From IMG/VR virus record IMGVR_UViG_2811995274_000001: a stretch of 64,000 nt of DNA, one strand, 5' to 3'. Of this stretch, positions 59,736 to 64,000 are shown piece by piece (the first letter of the stretch is position 1; each line of letters begins with the position of its first letter). Origin of the DNA: an uncultured virus (IMG/VR IMGVR_UViG_2811995274_000001) (lineage: Duplodnaviria > Heunggongvirae > Uroviricota > Caudoviricetes). The position numbers and the translations under genes were made by a program. A model generated the notes under the pieces. It had not been told where the DNA came from. It did not search any database and was given only the letters and a program-made list of their open reading frames with translations.

Positions 59736-61932
59736 TTTCTCCTATATCTTTTTCAAGTAAATTGATGCTTATTACAGAATCTGTACTTGATAATTTAATT
59801 CCTTTTACACCTTTTGCTTGTTTGCCAAAGATTGGAACAGAATCAGATTTTATTCTAATAGTTTTACCTTCTTGAGTGGTCAATAAAATATCATTATTAT
59901 CCAATAATGATACAACACTAGCTACATTATCGTTAGTATTTAATTTACAAACTGATACACCAGATCCACCTCTATTTTGCGCTCTTAGCTCATGAAAATA
60001 ACATCTTTTTATCATTCCATTTTTAGAAGATATTAAAAAAGTTTTATCTTTATCATAGATAGCAGCACTAACCACATAATCATCTTCTTTTAATCTAATA
60101 CCTTTTACACCCATACCAGTTCTACCAATAGGCCTAATATCATTAATATTAATCGTTATAGAATAACCTTTTGATGTAAATAATGATATTTGATTTGTTT
60201 TATCTATAAATAAAACAGAAGCAATTTCATCATCATCATTTAACGTAATAACTTTTAATCTATCACGTTTTGTTTTGATAGTATCAGCTGTCATAAGTTT
60301 TAACAACCCTTTTTTAGTTACTAATATAATATGTTTATTTCTATCATTTTTAGTTGATGCTATAACATTTAATATTTTAGTTTTTTCTTCTAAATCGATA
60401 TAATTGTTTAAATATTTACCTTGTAAATTTTTCTTACTAATAGGTATAGAATATGCTGGTAAAATATAACAATATCCTGTATTTGTAAATAATAAAATAT
60501 CATCTTTAGTAGAAAGATTCATTACATATTGTATTTTATCTTCTACTTTTGTTAATGTGTTAGTTCCTGTGCCATTACGTTTTTGAACATTATAATCTGT
60601 TTCTTTTACAGATTTAATTATTCCATTATTAGTTAAAGTTATAACTACATTTTCATCTTTAACAAGTTCTCTTTCAGTAACAGTATTATTAGTATCTACT
60701 TTTTGAATAGTAGTTTTTCTTTCATCTTTATCAAATATAGATGATATTTCCTTAAGAGATTTTTGAGTTTCTATTAAAAGAAGAATTTTATTATTTAATA
60801 TATCATTTAATTTGTTCATAGTATTATTTAATTCTTCTTGTTCTATTTCTAACTTTTCAATAGATGCCTTTTTTAATACTCCTAACTTAGTATTAATAAT
60901 ATTTTTAGTTTGAATTTCATTTAATCCAAATTCTTCATTAAAAATGTTAATAATATTTTTATCATCATCTTCTGTTCTAATTATATCTATAATTCTATCA
61001 ATATTAGATAATGCAATTAATATTCCATCTACTATATTTTTTCTATTAGTAGATTTAATTAAATCATAGTTACATTTACGTTCAATAATATTAATAGAAT
61101 GTAGTACAAAAGATTCTATTAAAGTTTTTAAATCAATATTTTCGTGAGGTTTTCCGTCAATTATTGCTGTATGATTAATAGAAAAAGAAGATTCTGCCAT
61201 AGTATCTTTAAACAAATTTTGAAGTATCCATTCTACATTTGTTCCTTTTTTTAATTCAACAACAATTCTAATACCATCTTTATCAGATTCATCTCTAACC
61301 TCTTTAATAGATGGTAGTTTAGTTTTTCTTAAATTATCAATTTGAATAACTAAATTACTTTTATTTACTTTATAAGGTATTTCAGTAAAAACAATATTAT
61401 TTTTATCTTTATTAGTTTCAATAATATATTTACTTCTAATAACTACTTTACCTTTACCTGTTTTATAAGCTTTTCTTACTTCTGTAGGATTTACTATAAT
61501 TCCGCCAGTAGGAAAATCTGGTGCTTTAATGATATCTATTAAACTATCTATATCAGTTTCTTTGTTATTAATACAGTCCTCAATAATTTTATCACAAGCT
61601 TTATATACATCACTTGCAAAATGAGGAGCAAAACTACATGCCATTCCTACAGCTATACCAGTAGATCCATTACATAATAATTGTGGAAATAATCCAGGTA
61701 ACACAGACGGCTCTTCTTCTGATTCATCATAGTTTGAAATATAGTCTACAGTATCTTTATTTATATCCTTAAGCAATAATTCTCCTATTGAAGATAGCTT
61801 AGCTTCCGTATATCTCATTGCCGCTGCGCCATCTCCATCAATAGAGCCCATATTACCATGTCCATTTACTAATGGATATCTTTTAGTAAAAAATTGAGCC
61901 ATATTAACTAAAGCATCATAAACACTTTGATC
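59722..61932 (-). CDS. gyrA: DNA gyrase subunit A, exon 2
   Basis: Starts DQSVYDALV; GNMGSIDGD.AAAMRYTEA (catalytic Tyr), APDFPTGG, C-terminal pinwheel repeats, QKRNGTG GyrA-box-like. Confidence 0.93.
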   Translation of the reverse strand, partial: DQSVYDALVNMAQFFTKRYPLVNGHGNMGSIDGDGAAAMRYTEAKLSSIGELLLKDINKDTVDYISNYDESEEEPSVLPGLFPQLLCNGSTGIAVGMACSFAPHFASDVYKACDKIIEDCINNKETDIDSLIDIIKAPDFPTGGIIVNPTEVRKAYKTGKGKVVIRSKYIIETNKDKNNIVFTEIPYKVNKSNLVIQIDNLRKTKLPSIKEVRDESDKDGIRIVVELKKGTNVEWILQNLFKDTMAESSFSINHTAIIDGKPHENIDLKTLIESFVLHSINIIERKCNYDLIKSTNRKNIVDGILIALSNIDRIIDIIRTEDDDKNIINIFNEEFGLNEIQTKNIINTKLGVLKKASIEKLEIEQEELNNTMNKLNDILNNKILLLIETQKSLKEISSIFDKDERKTTIQKVDTNNTVTERELVKDENVVITLTNNGIIKSVKETDYNVQKRNGTGTNTLTKVEDKIQYVMNLSTKDDILLFTNTGYCYILPAYSIPISKKNLQGKYLNNYIDLEEKTKILNVIASTKNDRNKHIILVTKKGLLKLMTADTIKTKRDRLKVITLNDDDEIASVLFIDKTNQISLFTSKGYSITININDIRPIGRTGMGVKGIRLKEDDYVVSAAIYDKDKTFLISSKNGMIKRCYFHELRAQNRGGSGVSVCKLNTNDNVASVVSLLDNNDILLTTQEGKTIRIKSDSVPIFGKQAKGVKGIKLSSTDSVISINLLEKDIGENVYE

Positions 61933-64000
<2,068 letters not shown>

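Overview
This is a very AT-rich, densely coding 64-kb segment of a large Firmicutes phage or phage-plasmid. The amidase and NrdD styles suggest a Negativicutes/Clostridia-type anaerobic host, but this is inference only. Positions 1-19.6 kb run mostly on the + strand: putative virion proteins, an AEP primase plus DnaB-like helicase, GroES, DUF1064, a sigma factor, RecJ, DnaE copy 1 and an amidase lysis cassette. Positions 19.8-64 kb run almost all on the - strand: peptidoglycan hydrolases, a DUF6094-like MTase/helicase pair, DnaE copy 2, SppA, class III RNR, HU, DnaG, Gam, LigA, SNF2 and PcrA helicases, a Ycf46/DUF1257/DUF2997 module, ThyX, a radical SAM protein, Rad52-like, UDG-like and RecA-like genes, gyrA and a partial gyrB. 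Highlights: (i) a 608-nt group I intron with a deleted homing endonuclease splits gyrA at HPHG/DQSVY; (ii) NrdD is split, with its glycyl-radical loop on a separate 88-aa protein; (iii) there are two intact DnaEs and two unrelated primases; (iv) several intact ORFs have substituted catalytic motifs (MTase, UDG, Cas4-like, HD, ABC-ATPase, RecA); (v) long perfect hairpins without U-tails abut ribosome-binding sites. I saw no tRNA, rRNA or CRISPR array. All family calls come from motif recognition by eye, not from database searches.
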